Source: an uncultured Chloroflexia bacterium (GTDB lineage: Bacteria > Chloroflexota > Limnocylindria > Limnocylindrales > CSP1-4). From it: a DNA stretch of 64,000 bases. The stretch covers positions 32,001 through 96,000 of the forward strand of contig CAWEYL010000002.1 in assembly GCA_963813335.1 (NCBI GenBank). The letters run 5' to 3'. Under the pieces are notes generated by a model. That model was not told where the DNA came from and did not search any database. It saw only the letters and a list, made by a program, of their open reading frames with translations. Each line of letters opens with the position of its first letter. Within the stretch, counting starts at the first letter, position 1. This document shows positions 8,546-17,939 of the stretch, one piece after another. Position numbers and translations under genes: made by a program.

Positions 8546-9475
8546 ATGCTACTTCCCATCGTCATCGCGGCCGTCGCGGCCGGGGCGATCCTCCTGATCT
8601 TCATCGGGCTCGCCGGCGGTTCGTCGGTCGATCCGGTCCAGGCCCGCCTGACCCAGCTCGGGTCGATGCAGGCCAAGAACCTCGAGGAGCTCGAGCTCCA
8701 GCAGCCGTTCATCGAGCGGACGCTGCGGCCCCTGGCGACCCGCCTGTCCGGTGGCGTCGCCCGGGTCACGAGCTCGTCGTTCAGCGAGCGGACCGAGAAG
8801 CGCCTCGCGCTGGCCGGCAACCCTGGCGACCTGCGGGTCAACGACTGGCTGGGCATCAAGGCCATCGGCGCCATCGTCGGCGGTGTCCTGTTCTTCCTGC
8901 TGTTCGTCGTCGTCGGCGTGATGAAGCTGCCGCTCGTCATGGCGATCCTGATGACCGTCGTCGGCGTCCTCGTCGGCTACACGGTCCCCGAGTTCTGGCT
9001 GGGCGGCCGGGTGCGCAAGCGCCAGAAGCTCATCCTCCTGATGATCCCGGACGCGCTCGACCTGCTGACGATCTCCGTGCGCGCCGGCCTCGGCTTCGAT
9101 GCCGCGCTCGGCCGGGTGGTCGACAAGCTCCAGGGCCCGCTGACCGACGAGTTCCGCCGCGCGCTGGCCGAAGTCCGCGTCGGCAAGGCGCGCCGCGAGG
9201 CGCTCCGCGACATCGTCCCGCGCACGGAAGTGGCCCCGCTGACCAACTTCATCGGCGCGATCATCCAGGCCGAGCAACTCGGTGTGTCGATCTCGAAGGT
9301 GCTCCAGGTCCAGTCCGAGCAGCTGCGCATCGAGCGCCGCCAGCGGGCTGAGGAGCAGGCGGCGAAGGCACCGATCAAGATGCTGTTCCCGCTCGTCGGC
9401 TGCATCTTCCCGTCGCTGTTCATCGTCATCCTCGGACCGGCCATCATCCTGATCGTCCAGAACCTCGGGACCTAG
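8546..9475 (+). CDS. tadC: TadC (T2SS-F family platform protein)
   Basis: PDALDLL..SVRAGLGFDAAL; AEEQAAKAPIKMLFPL. Confidence 0.93.
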   Translation: MLLPIVIAAVAAGAILLIFIGLAGGSSVDPVQARLTQLGSMQAKNLEELELQQPFIERTLRPLATRLSGGVARVTSSSFSERTEKRLALAGNPGDLRVNDWLGIKAIGAIVGGVLFFLLFVVVGVMKLPLVMAILMTVVGVLVGYTVPEFWLGGRVRKRQKLILLMIPDALDLLTISVRAGLGFDAALGRVVDKLQGPLTDEFRRALAEVRVGKARREALRDIVPRTEVAPLTNFIGAIIQAEQLGVSISKVLQVQSEQLRIERRQRAEEQAAKAPIKMLFPLVGCIFPSLFIVILGPAIILIVQNLGT

Positions 9476-9511
9476 GCGATCCTCACCGCGCGGAATACCA
9501 CGCGGGCCACG

Positions 9512-9847
9512 ATGGTGGCCGCCCGCGTGGAGGTGGCGGCCAGCCTGTGGGGGAAGTTCAAGGGCCTGATGGGTCGAGCCTCGCTCGACTCCGACGCCGC
9601 CCTGTGGCTGCCCGACAGCAACGGCATCCACATGATGTTCATGCGCTTCCCGATCGACGCGATCTTCGTCGGCCACCCCGACGCGGAGCGCGGCGGCGGC
9701 CGGCCCGTGATCGCCGTCCACCGCTCCCTTGGGCGCTGGACCGGGATGGTCCCGCTGGTCCGCGGCGCCCATGGCGTCCTCGAGCTGCCGATCGGCACCG
9801 TCGACCGCACGGGCACCCAGGTCGGGGACATCATCACGCTCCTGTAG
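9512..9847 (+). CDS. DUF192 family protein (start uncertain)
   Basis: GLMGR...IHMMFMRFPIDAIF...VLELPIG signature. Confidence 0.85.
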   Translation: MVAARVEVAASLWGKFKGLMGRASLDSDAALWLPDSNGIHMMFMRFPIDAIFVGHPDAERGGGRPVIAVHRSLGRWTGMVPLVRGAHGVLELPIGTVDRTGTQVGDIITLL

Positions 9848-9916
9848 ACGCACGCGAGACGCCCGCGCCGGGCGCCCGCTAAGCCGCAGCGAAGCGGTGG
9901 TCGCCAGGATCGCGGC

Positions 9917-10588
9917 GTGCTCGGTCGTCTCGTGTCGCGCAGCCTCGATCTCGCCTTTCCGGCGACCTGCGCCGGCTGCGGCCGTGAGGGCGACCCCATC
10001 TGCCCGCGCTGCCGTCCGGCCGTGGACGCCCGGCTGGCCCTGCCGCCCGGCGTCCCGCTCGGGCTGCCGGCCGACCTCCCGCCCGGGCTCCTCCAGGCCG
10101 AGTGGTGCGCGCCGTTCGGCGGGGTCGTCAGGAGCGCCCTGCACCAGCTGAAGTACGCCGGCGAGCGCCGGCTCGCCATGCCGCTCGGCGAGGCGCTCGC
10201 CCGCCGTTGGGCGGTGGCCGGCGGGGGCGGCGAGCTCCTGGTCCCCGTCCCGGTGCATCGCGAGCGGGCCGCCCAGCGTGGCTACGACCAGGCCGTCCTC
10301 CTCGCGGGGGCCGCCGCAGGACCGCTCGGCCTGCCGCTGGCGTGCGCGCTCGTCCGTCGGCGGGCGACGACGGCGCAGTACCACCTCGACCGCCTGGACC
10401 GCGCCGCCAACGTGGCCGGCGCCTTCGCGCCGGGCTCGGCGCAGGACGCCGCCGCGGTCCGCGGCCGATGGGTCGTCCTGGTCGACGACGTCATGACCAC
10501 GGGAGCGACCCTGTCGGCCTGTGCCGCGGCCCTCGCGGAGGCCGGCGCCAGTGGCGTCTCGGCGATCACGGTGGCCCGCGAGCGCTGA
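9917..10588 (+). CDS. comF: ComF family protein (zinc ribbon plus PRTase-like domain)
   Basis: CAGC...CPRC; LKY; VPVP..R..RGYDQA; VLVDDVMTTGAT. Confidence 0.93.
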   Translation: MLGRLVSRSLDLAFPATCAGCGREGDPICPRCRPAVDARLALPPGVPLGLPADLPPGLLQAEWCAPFGGVVRSALHQLKYAGERRLAMPLGEALARRWAVAGGGGELLVPVPVHRERAAQRGYDQAVLLAGAAAGPLGLPLACALVRRRATTAQYHLDRLDRAANVAGAFAPGSAQDAAAVRGRWVVLVDDVMTTGATLSACAAALAEAGASGVSAITVARER

Positions 10589-10667
10589 TCCGGGCCGTCC
10601 GGCAGCGGCCCCGGGGCGGCACCAGGTCTATACTCGAAGCTCCGAGACCGGCCCCTGGAGGTGACGA

Positions 10668-11267
10668 GTGAGGATGATCGTCAAGGGCAAGAACGTCGAG
10701 GTCCCGGACCATGTCCGCGCCTATGCCGAGCGGAAGCTCGGCCACATCGCCCGGCTGGTGGATGACCGGACCGACGCCCTCGTCGAGCTATCGAACGAGC
10801 ACCACCGCAGCGTCGACCACGCCCACATCGCCGAGGTCACCCTCGTCATCAACGGGCGGACCCTGCACAGCCACGCCGACGGGGCGAGCTACCAGGCGGC
10901 CATCGACGCCGTGGTCGACAAGGTGGAGCGGCAGACCGTCGACCACAAGGAGAAGCCCCGCGTGCGGCAGCGGCCGGTGCAGGAGAAGCAGATCCTGTCG
11001 CGCATCGCGGACGGGACCTCCGAGCCGGGTCACGAGCCGCGGATCGTCAAGACCAAGCGCTTCGCGATCGAGCCGATGTTCGAGGAGGACGCGATCGCGG
11101 CGATGCTGGACCTCGGCCACATGTTCTACGTGTTCGTCAACGCGGAGAACGAGCAGATCGCCATCCTGTACACCCGGGACGACGGGGACTTCGGGCTGAT
11201 CGAGCCGTCGGTCGGCGGCGCGTACACGCCCGCCCACATCGACGCCGGGCGGCGCCGCGCCGGCTGA
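10668..11267 (+). CDS. hpf: Ribosome hibernation promoting factor (long HPF)
   Basis: KGKNVEV...YAERKL...AAIDAVVDKVERQ; C-terminal PMFEEDAI...DGDFGLIEP; TATACT at 10629-10634. Confidence 0.93.
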   Translation: MRMIVKGKNVEVPDHVRAYAERKLGHIARLVDDRTDALVELSNEHHRSVDHAHIAEVTLVINGRTLHSHADGASYQAAIDAVVDKVERQTVDHKEKPRVRQRPVQEKQILSRIADGTSEPGHEPRIVKTKRFAIEPMFEEDAIAAMLDLGHMFYVFVNAENEQIAILYTRDDGDFGLIEPSVGGAYTPAHIDAGRRRAG

Positions 11268-11345
11268 CGTTCGACCACGGCCGACCCCGGCCGGCAGTAC
11301 GGGTCGGCGTCGTGGGGCAGGTTGCCGGCATCGTACGATGCGTCG

Positions 11346-12317
11346 GTGCTGCCAGACGGTCGACGACTCGGTGCCCACCTGTCCGTGGCGTCCGGCCTGG
11401 CGACGGCCGTGGAACGCGCCCACACCATCGGCGCGACGGCCATCCAGGTCTTCGCGGACAACCCGACCGCGTGGCGCCGCCGGCCGGAGCCGCCGGTCGA
11501 TGCCCCGGCCTTCCGGGAGCGGCTGGCGGCCAGGGACATCGGCCCCGTGGCGATCCACGCCCCGTACCTCGTCAATCTCGCCGGACCGGACGAGGTGTTC
11601 GCCGAGCGGTCCATCGCGGTCCTCATCCACGACCTGCGGGTCGCGCCGGCGTTCGGCGCCGCCTTCCTGAACGTCCATATCGGCTCGCACGGCGACACCG
11701 CCCCGGCGGACGGCATCGTCCGCCTGACGGACGGCATCGCGCGCGTGCTCGGCGAGGTCGATGACGGACCGGGATCGGCCCGCCTGGTGCTCGAGAACTC
11801 GGCTGGGGGCGGGTTCACGCTCGGGGTCGACCTCGATGAGCTGGCGGCCATCGCCGACGCCCTCGCCGCGCGCGGCGTCGACCCGGCCCGGGTCGGGTTC
11901 TGCCTGGACACGGCCCACGCATGGGGCGCCGGGATCGACCTGTCCGAGCCGGAGGCGATCGATGCCTTCCTGCGCGGATTCGACGCCCGGGTCGGCCTCG
12001 AGCGGCTGGTCATGGTCCATCTCAACGACTCGAAGGTCGAGCGTGGCTCGCGGATGGACCGGCACGAGCATCTCGGGGCCGGGCGGATCGGCGAGCGCGG
12101 CCTGGCCGCCATCCTGACCCACCCCGGCCTCGCCCGCGCCGCCTACTACCTCGAGACACCGGGGATGGACGAGGGCTACGACGCGGTCAACGTGGGGCGC
12201 GCCTACGACCTGGCCGCGGGCCGCCCGCTGGCGGCGCTCCCGCCGGAGGCCATGGAGGTTCGCGGCAGCCGGGCCCGGTCCGCCCCGGCCGAGCCCGAGC
12301 CCACGGGCGCCCGTTGA
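11346..12317 (+). CDS. nfo: Endonuclease IV (AP endonuclease 2)
   Basis: GAHLS, HAPYLVN, LENSAG, CLDTAH, HLNDS, DRHEH, ETP motifs; start uncertain (11322 or 11346). Confidence 0.93.
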   Translation: MLPDGRRLGAHLSVASGLATAVERAHTIGATAIQVFADNPTAWRRRPEPPVDAPAFRERLAARDIGPVAIHAPYLVNLAGPDEVFAERSIAVLIHDLRVAPAFGAAFLNVHIGSHGDTAPADGIVRLTDGIARVLGEVDDGPGSARLVLENSAGGGFTLGVDLDELAAIADALAARGVDPARVGFCLDTAHAWGAGIDLSEPEAIDAFLRGFDARVGLERLVMVHLNDSKVERGSRMDRHEHLGAGRIGERGLAAILTHPGLARAAYYLETPGMDEGYDAVNVGRAYDLAAGRPLAALPPEAMEVRGSRARSAPAEPEPTGAR

Positions 12318-13912
12318 CCACCCAGCCGCCGGCTCGACCGTCCAGGGTGTCCCAGCGCTCGATCGACCTCGCGGTCCTGCTCGGCCTGCTGGCACTCGCC
12401 GCGCTGATGCGCCTGCCGGACCTCGCGACCCGCGGCACCTGGGACGCCGACCAGGGCCATGACATGCTGGTGCTCCGCGCGTTCGTGCGCGACGGCGTCT
12501 TCCCGCTGCTCGGACCGCCGACGTCGATCGGCGACTTCCACCACGGGGCGGTCTACTACCTGCTGCTCGCCCCGGCCGCGGCGCTGACCGGCGGCGATTC
12601 GCCACTCGCCGTGGTCTTCGAGATCGCGCTCTTCGGGATCGCCGCGGTCGGCGTCACGTGGTGGCTCGCGCGCGTGGTCGGCGGACCGGTCGCCGGGTTG
12701 GCGGCGGGCCTGGTGATGGCGCTGTCCGCATCGGCCATCGAGGAATCGACGTTCATCTGGAACCCGAACCTGATCGCCCTGACCAGCGCCGTCGCCCTGG
12801 CGGCGGCATGGCGGGCCTGGACGACCGGCCGCGTCCGCTGGTGGGTGCTGGCCGCGGTCGGGACGGCGGCGACGATGCAATGCCACGTCCTCGGCGTGAC
12901 GCTGCTGCCGATCGTCGGGGCCTTGCTCCTTGCGGACGCCCGGCGTCGCGGGCCGGGGCCGGCGCGGCGGGCCGTGCTGCTGGCCGGGCTGGCGGGTCTG
13001 GCCATCGTGGCCGCCAGCTACATCCCGCTGGCGATCCACGAGCTGACCAACGACTTCAGCGAGGTGCGCGCGGCGCTCGACTACATCGCGGGCGGCGGGG
13101 AGCCGCCGACGACGGGACCGGTCGGGCGGCTGGTCGTCGTGGGCATCCGGGTCGTCGCCTGGCCCCTGGTCGGACTCATCACGGACGCGCCGATCGCGGC
13201 CGCGCTCTCGCTGCTGCTGGTCGGCTCGATCGTGGCCTGGCGATGGCGGGCGACCGGTCGGTCCGGCGAGCGGACGGCGGTCCGCTGGCTGGGGCTCGGC
13301 CTGCTCTGGAGCGCGCTCGCGCTGACGGCCGCCGCACCGGGGCTCGCGGTCGTCATCCCGGGCCTGCCCAACGACCACTACCACGCCTTCGCCGATCCGA
13401 TGGTCTTCGTGCTCGTGGGGCTGGGCGCCGGCGCGGCGGCCGGCCTTCGGGCGTCGGCCGGGCCGACGGCGTCGCCGATCGTCCGCTCGGCGCCCGCGGT
13501 GGTGGCCGCGGCCGTGGTCGTGGCCCTCATCGGCTGGAACATCGTCCGCGTGCCGCCGGCGGTCTCGGCGGACGGTGGCTTCCCGGCGGCGGCGGCGGCC
13601 GCGACCCGCATCGAGGCCGTGCTGGCCGGCCGACCCGCGGCGCTCCGCTCGCTGCCCGTCTTCAAGACGGCCGAGGCGTACGCCTACCCGCTCACGCGCG
13701 ACGGCGCCGACCTGCGCGCGGAGGCCTCAGCCGCTGCGCTGGTGATCGTGTGCGACTCGCTGTTCGAGGGCGCGATCGGCGCACCCTGCGGCGGCCCGGC
13801 CGAGGACGCGTCACTGGCCGCGCGTCCGTTCGCAGGCGCCGCGGGCGCAGCCACGCTGGCCGATCGCTTCGAGGCCGCCCCGGGCCGGACGATCTCGGTC
13901 TACCTGCCCTGA
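12314..13912 (+). CDS. GT39/ArnT-like membrane glycosyltransferase
   Basis: Multi-TM protein with WDADQG...LLGP...HGAVYY; TTG start overlaps the nfo stop. Confidence 0.75.
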   Translation: MTTQPPARPSRVSQRSIDLAVLLGLLALAALMRLPDLATRGTWDADQGHDMLVLRAFVRDGVFPLLGPPTSIGDFHHGAVYYLLLAPAAALTGGDSPLAVVFEIALFGIAAVGVTWWLARVVGGPVAGLAAGLVMALSASAIEESTFIWNPNLIALTSAVALAAAWRAWTTGRVRWWVLAAVGTAATMQCHVLGVTLLPIVGALLLADARRRGPGPARRAVLLAGLAGLAIVAASYIPLAIHELTNDFSEVRAALDYIAGGGEPPTTGPVGRLVVVGIRVVAWPLVGLITDAPIAAALSLLLVGSIVAWRWRATGRSGERTAVRWLGLGLLWSALALTAAAPGLAVVIPGLPNDHYHAFADPMVFVLVGLGAGAAAGLRASAGPTASPIVRSAPAVVAAAVVVALIGWNIVRVPPAVSADGGFPAAAAAATRIEAVLAGRPAALRSLPVFKTAEAYAYPLTRDGADLRAEASAAALVIVCDSLFEGAIGAPCGGPAEDASLAARPFAGAAGAATLADRFEAAPGRTISVYLP

Positions 13913-13959
13913 AGAGAGCCGATGGCCCGCCCGACGGCTGGGCCGAGCGGGACCGGCGA

Positions 13960-13988
13960 GGAGGCGGCGCCTCGCGCACGGCGCGCCG
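13960..13988. repeat. 29-bp intergenic repeat, copy 1
   Basis: GGAGGCGGCGCCTCGCGCACGGCGCGCCG, 28/29 identical to 16883-16911. Confidence 0.8.
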
Positions 13989-14033
13989 CCGGATCGCCGG
14001 GTCCGATCGGCCGGGCGAAACCCGGTGCGGGAC

Positions 14034-14071
14034 AAAAGTGAACGCCGGCGCCCCAGACGCCGGCGTTCACT
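14034..14071 (-). terminator. Intrinsic terminator of the XRE gene
   Basis: 14-bp perfect stem AGTGAACGCCGGCG/CGCCGGCGTTCACT with a T run on the minus strand. Confidence 0.8.
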
Positions 14072-14124
14072 GTCCCCGAAGACCCGGATAGTGGAGGGCG
14101 ATCCGGGTCGTGCCCAGAAATATG

Positions 14125-14661
14125 CTAATAACGCCCCGGTTCCCGGCCCCCTGACCGGGAGACCTGGCGGATGGATCCGAACCCGACGCCGACCGGGGTG
14201 ACGCTGGCGGCCGCGCCCATCGAACGGACGGGAGCCGCTGGTCGAGCCAGGCGGTGGTCGGTCGGCCGCTCCGGCGCGGTCGATGCTTCCTGGGCCTGGA
14301 GGCTGCGGCCGTAGCGGCGCATCCTGACGGCCAGGTAGTACTCCATGATCTGGCGGACCTGCGGCTCGCTCAGCAGGTCGTCGGCGCGGAGCGCGTATTC
14401 GACCCGAGCGGTCGGGTTCATCGACCCGGACGCGACGAGACCCAGGTATTGCGGCGTGTCCGCGTCGTCCCGGAGCTCGCGCAGGCCACGGGCGAGCTTG
14501 GTCGCGGTCCCGAGGGACGGCATCCGATCGCCGCGGATCAGGCGGGAGATGGTCGAGTGGTCCACGCCAGACTGCTGCGCCAGCTGGCGCTGCGACATCT
14601 TCTTGGCTTTGAGCTGGGCCCGCAGCCACTCGTTGAAGGCTCGGCCGTTCTGTGTCGTCAT
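14125..14661 (-). CDS. XRE-family HTH transcriptional regulator
   Basis: MSQRQLAQQSGVDHSTISRLIRGDRMPS HTH. Confidence 0.88.
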   Translation of the reverse strand: MTTQNGRAFNEWLRAQLKAKKMSQRQLAQQSGVDHSTISRLIRGDRMPSLGTATKLARGLRELRDDADTPQYLGLVASGSMNPTARVEYALRADDLLSEPQVRQIMEYYLAVRMRRYGRSLQAQEASTAPERPTDHRLARPAAPVRSMGAAASVTPVGVGFGSIRQVSRSGGREPGRY

Positions 14662-14901
14662 GTCGAGGTGGGCGCTCCGTCGGGATCGGCCATCGGTCGC
14701 GGTTCGTGCCGCGAGTGACTCCAACTATCGGATGGGGCCTCGGACCCCTGTATCCCCCGTTGGTACCGACGCTTGCGCTGGCCGCGGCGCGCGGCGGCCC
14801 GACGGTGCGGTGGGGTCGGGCGGGGTCAGGGGCGGCGAGGGTCGGAGCCCTGCCTGGTACTTTCGTCCGGGGTCCGATCGCAGCCCGATCCGGCCCTGCC
14901 G

Positions 14902-16116
14902 TCACGCTCGGGCGGTGATCACCGCGGAGACGGTCTCGCCAGGCTGGAGGATGGGATCCAGGCCCTGCGGCTTCTTGGAGATCACGTAGGCGATCGAGCC
15001 GAGCACGATGACCGAGAACACGCTGATCACGCGGTCCAGCAAGGCGATCGCGGTGGCCTCCGGGAGCGGCACCTTGTAGGCGACGACCAGCACGCCGACC
15101 ACGCCCGCCTCGACGATGCCGAGGCCGGCCGGGCTGAGCGGCACGGCCGTCAGCAGCGACCCGATGAGGGCCACGAAGACGGCGCCCGACAGGCCGAGCT
15201 CGACATCGGGGAAGCCGAGCGCCTGCACCACGAAGTAGAGCCGCAGCGACTCGGTCATCCAGATCAGGACGGTGATGGTCCCGAGGAACGGCATCTGGCG
15301 CAGCTTGAGGGCGCCGAAGACGCCCACCTCGAACTTGTCGTACAGCTCGATGACGCGGTGCGGCAGCGGGAGGATGGTGAGGATCTGCCGACCGAAGTTG
15401 CGCATCGTGAAGAGGCCGACGGTGAGGAGGACGACGACGCCGAGGCCGATCGCGAACACGACCTGGATCGCCGGCGGCAGGCCGTCGCGGAAGCTCCAGT
15501 AGCCGGCCAGGATGCCGAGCAGGGCGATCGCGATGACGTCGAGGACGCGCTCGATGAAGACGGTCCCGAAGGTCTTGCTCAGCGAAGCCGTGCTGTTGAT
15601 CTTGAGGAGGTAGGCGCGGTAGAGGTCGCCGAGCTTGGCGGGGACCACGCAGTTGACCAGCCACGAGAGGAAGATGATCACCGTCGAGTCCTTGGTCCCG
15701 ATGATGAAGTCGGTCCCGCGGAGCAGGGCCTTCCAGCGCGCGCCGCGCAGGGGGAAGCCGAGATAGAAGATGGCGAAGGCCACGGCGACGAGGGCCGGGT
15801 TGGCGCCGGCGATCAGGCCGGGCACCTTCGCGAGGTTCGCCCCGTTGAGGCCGATGAACGCGGCGATGATGGCCAGCGGGACGAGGATGGAGATGATCGT
15901 CCGCGGCTGGCGCAGCCGCTTCGACAGCGAGATCTGCTCGGCCGTGACCTCCTCGTCTGCAGCCGGACCGTCCGCTGGCGTGGCCGGCACGGGCTCGCCG
16001 TCGGGGCGTGCCGGGATCGCGTCCAGGCCGGGGCTGATCTCCATCGCCCCGGACCCTATCGAACCGTCCGGTCCGCCCGCCATCGGCCGATGGTCCTCCC
16101 CGCCCGGATCGCTCAC
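14902..16116 (-). CDS. Lysylphosphatidylglycerol synthase TM / flippase-like (UPF0104) membrane protein
   Basis: RGARW, PAKLGDLYR, ERVLD, PAGLGIVE motifs. Confidence 0.85.
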   Translation of the reverse strand: MSDPGGEDHRPMAGGPDGSIGSGAMEISPGLDAIPARPDGEPVPATPADGPAADEEVTAEQISLSKRLRQPRTIISILVPLAIIAAFIGLNGANLAKVPGLIAGANPALVAVAFAIFYLGFPLRGARWKALLRGTDFIIGTKDSTVIIFLSWLVNCVVPAKLGDLYRAYLLKINSTASLSKTFGTVFIERVLDVIAIALLGILAGYWSFRDGLPPAIQVVFAIGLGVVVLLTVGLFTMRNFGRQILTILPLPHRVIELYDKFEVGVFGALKLRQMPFLGTITVLIWMTESLRLYFVVQALGFPDVELGLSGAVFVALIGSLLTAVPLSPAGLGIVEAGVVGVLVVAYKVPLPEATAIALLDRVISVFSVIVLGSIAYVISKKPQGLDPILQPGETVSAVITARA

Positions 16117-16835
16117 GTCGGACCCCCGGCCGGCGATCCCGCCGATCCCGCATCCGGCTTGACCCGGCCGTTGCCACGGGCCCGCTGGACGAGCTTGGCG
16201 ACCGGCGTCCAGAGCCGGACGAGATAGGTCGCGCGCCCCGGGACCAGCTCCACGCCGTTCGCCAGGGCGGCGAGCAGGCCGGCCGCCGTCGAGGGATCGC
16301 CCTCCATCGCGGAATAGGCCACCCCGACCTCGGTCACGGAGTGCGCGTCGGACACCGCGACGATGGGCCGCCCGTGCTCGGCCGCGAAGGCGATCGCCTG
16401 CTCGTTGCCGTTGCCGACCAGCCGGGCGTTGTGGCCCTCGACCCAGTCGACCATCCCGACGAGCGACGCCATCCGGGCGTCCCGCAGGAGCGAGCCGCGC
16501 ATCCGGTCGAATGGATGGGGGATCCCGACCAGGCCGCCCTGCGCCCGCGCCTCGGCCACGGTCTCCGCCGCCGAGAGGCCGGGCGGGATGGCCCGCTCGA
16601 GGAAGACGCAGACGAGGTCGCCATCGGCGGTCTTCACCTCCTCGCCGACGATGACCGTCAGCCCGGCGGGTGCCGCCGCGCGCGCTTCGAGCGCGCCGTC
16701 GATCCGGTCATGGTCCGTGATCGCCAGGTGCGTCAGCCCCCGGCTCGACGCCGCCCGGACCACGTCCGCCGGCTTCGAGAGGCAATCAAAACTCGCCCGG
16801 GTGTGGCAGTGCAGGTCGACGAACGCCCTACCCAT
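16113..16835 (-). CDS. PHP-domain phosphoesterase
   Basis: DLHCHT, AITDHD, GEE, HP, SDAH motifs. Confidence 0.9.
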   Translation of the reverse strand: MGRAFVDLHCHTRASFDCLSKPADVVRAASSRGLTHLAITDHDRIDGALEARAAAPAGLTVIVGEEVKTADGDLVCVFLERAIPPGLSAAETVAEARAQGGLVGIPHPFDRMRGSLLRDARMASLVGMVDWVEGHNARLVGNGNEQAIAFAAEHGRPIVAVSDAHSVTEVGVAYSAMEGDPSTAAGLLAALANGVELVPGRATYLVRLWTPVAKLVQRARGNGRVKPDAGSAGSPAGGPT

Positions 16836-16882
16836 CGGAGCGAGTGACGGTGGAGCGAGCCGTCGGCGGGCGTCCGCCGCGC

Positions 16883-16911
16883 GGAGCCGGCGCCTCGCGC
16901 ACGGCGCGCCG
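16883..16911. repeat. 29-bp intergenic repeat, copy 2
   Basis: GGAGCCGGCGCCTCGCGCACGGCGCGCCG. Confidence 0.8.
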
Positions 16912-16940
16912 GCGCAGTGCGGTGGACGGTCGGCGCATCC

Positions 16941-17939
16941 TCAGATCTGCTGGACGAGTGACTTCTTGAAGAAGTCGAAGTGCTCGAGTGCCAGGCCCGT
17001 GCCCAGCGCCACGCAGTTCAGCGGGTTCTCGGCGACGTGGCACGGGACGCCGGTGACCTGGGTCAGCAGCTTGTCGATGTTGCGCAGGAGGGCGCCCCCA
17101 CCGGACATGACCATGCCCTTGTCGATGATGTCGCTCGACAGCTCCGGCGGGGTCTGCTCGAGGACGCTGCGGACCGCGGCGACCAGCTGCTGGAGCGGCG
17201 CCTCGATGGCCTCCATCACCTCGGAGCTGGTGATCGGGATCGTCCGCGGAAGCCCGGCGATGAGGTCGCGGCCGCGGACCTCCATCGTCAGCTCGCGCTC
17301 GAGCGGGAGCGCGGTCCCGATCTGGATCTTGACCTCCTCGGCCGTCCGCTCGCCGATCATCAGGTTGTACTTCTTGCGGACGTAGGTCGCGATCGAATCG
17401 TCGAACTTGTTGCCGCCGACGCGGAGGCTGTGCGAGACGACGATGCCGCCGAGGGCGATGACCGCGATCTCGCTGGTCCCGCCGCCGATGTCGATGATCA
17501 TGTTCCCGGACGGCCCGCTGATCGGCACGTTGGCCCCGATCGCCGCGGCGAGCGGCTCCTCGATGAGGTAGGCATCCTTGGCCCCGGCCTTGAGCGCGGC
17601 GTCGCGGACGGCGCGCTTCTCGACGCTGGTGACCCCGGCCGGCACGCTGATCATCACCTCGGGGCGCGACAGCCCGATGCGGCCCTTGGTCGCCTTCGCG
17701 ATGAAGAAGCGCAGCATCGCCTCGGTGATGACGTAGTCGGCGATGACGCCGTCCTTCATCGGGCGGATGGCCTGGATGTTGCCGGGCGTGCGGCCGATCA
17801 TCTCGCGGGCTTCCTCGCCCACGGCCACGATCCGGTTGTCGTCCGAGACGGCGACGACGCTGGGCTCGGTGATGACGATGCCCTTGCCTTTCACGTAGAC
17901 GAGGACGTTGGCGGTGCCGAGGTCGATGCCGATCTTCAT
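16941..17939 (-). CDS. mreB: Rod shape-determining protein MreB/Mbl
   Basis: [16 protein letters not shown]; position after murA as for mbl. Confidence 0.96.
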   Translation of the reverse strand: MKIGIDLGTANVLVYVKGKGIVITEPSVVAVSDDNRIVAVGEEAREMIGRTPGNIQAIRPMKDGVIADYVITEAMLRFFIAKATKGRIGLSRPEVMISVPAGVTSVEKRAVRDAALKAGAKDAYLIEEPLAAAIGANVPISGPSGNMIIDIGGGTSEIAVIALGGIVVSHSLRVGGNKFDDSIATYVRKKYNLMIGERTAEEVKIQIGTALPLERELTMEVRGRDLIAGLPRTIPITSSEVMEAIEAPLQQLVAAVRSVLEQTPPELSSDIIDKGMVMSGGGALLRNIDKLLTQVTGVPCHVAENPLNCVALGTGLALEHFDFFKKSLVQQI

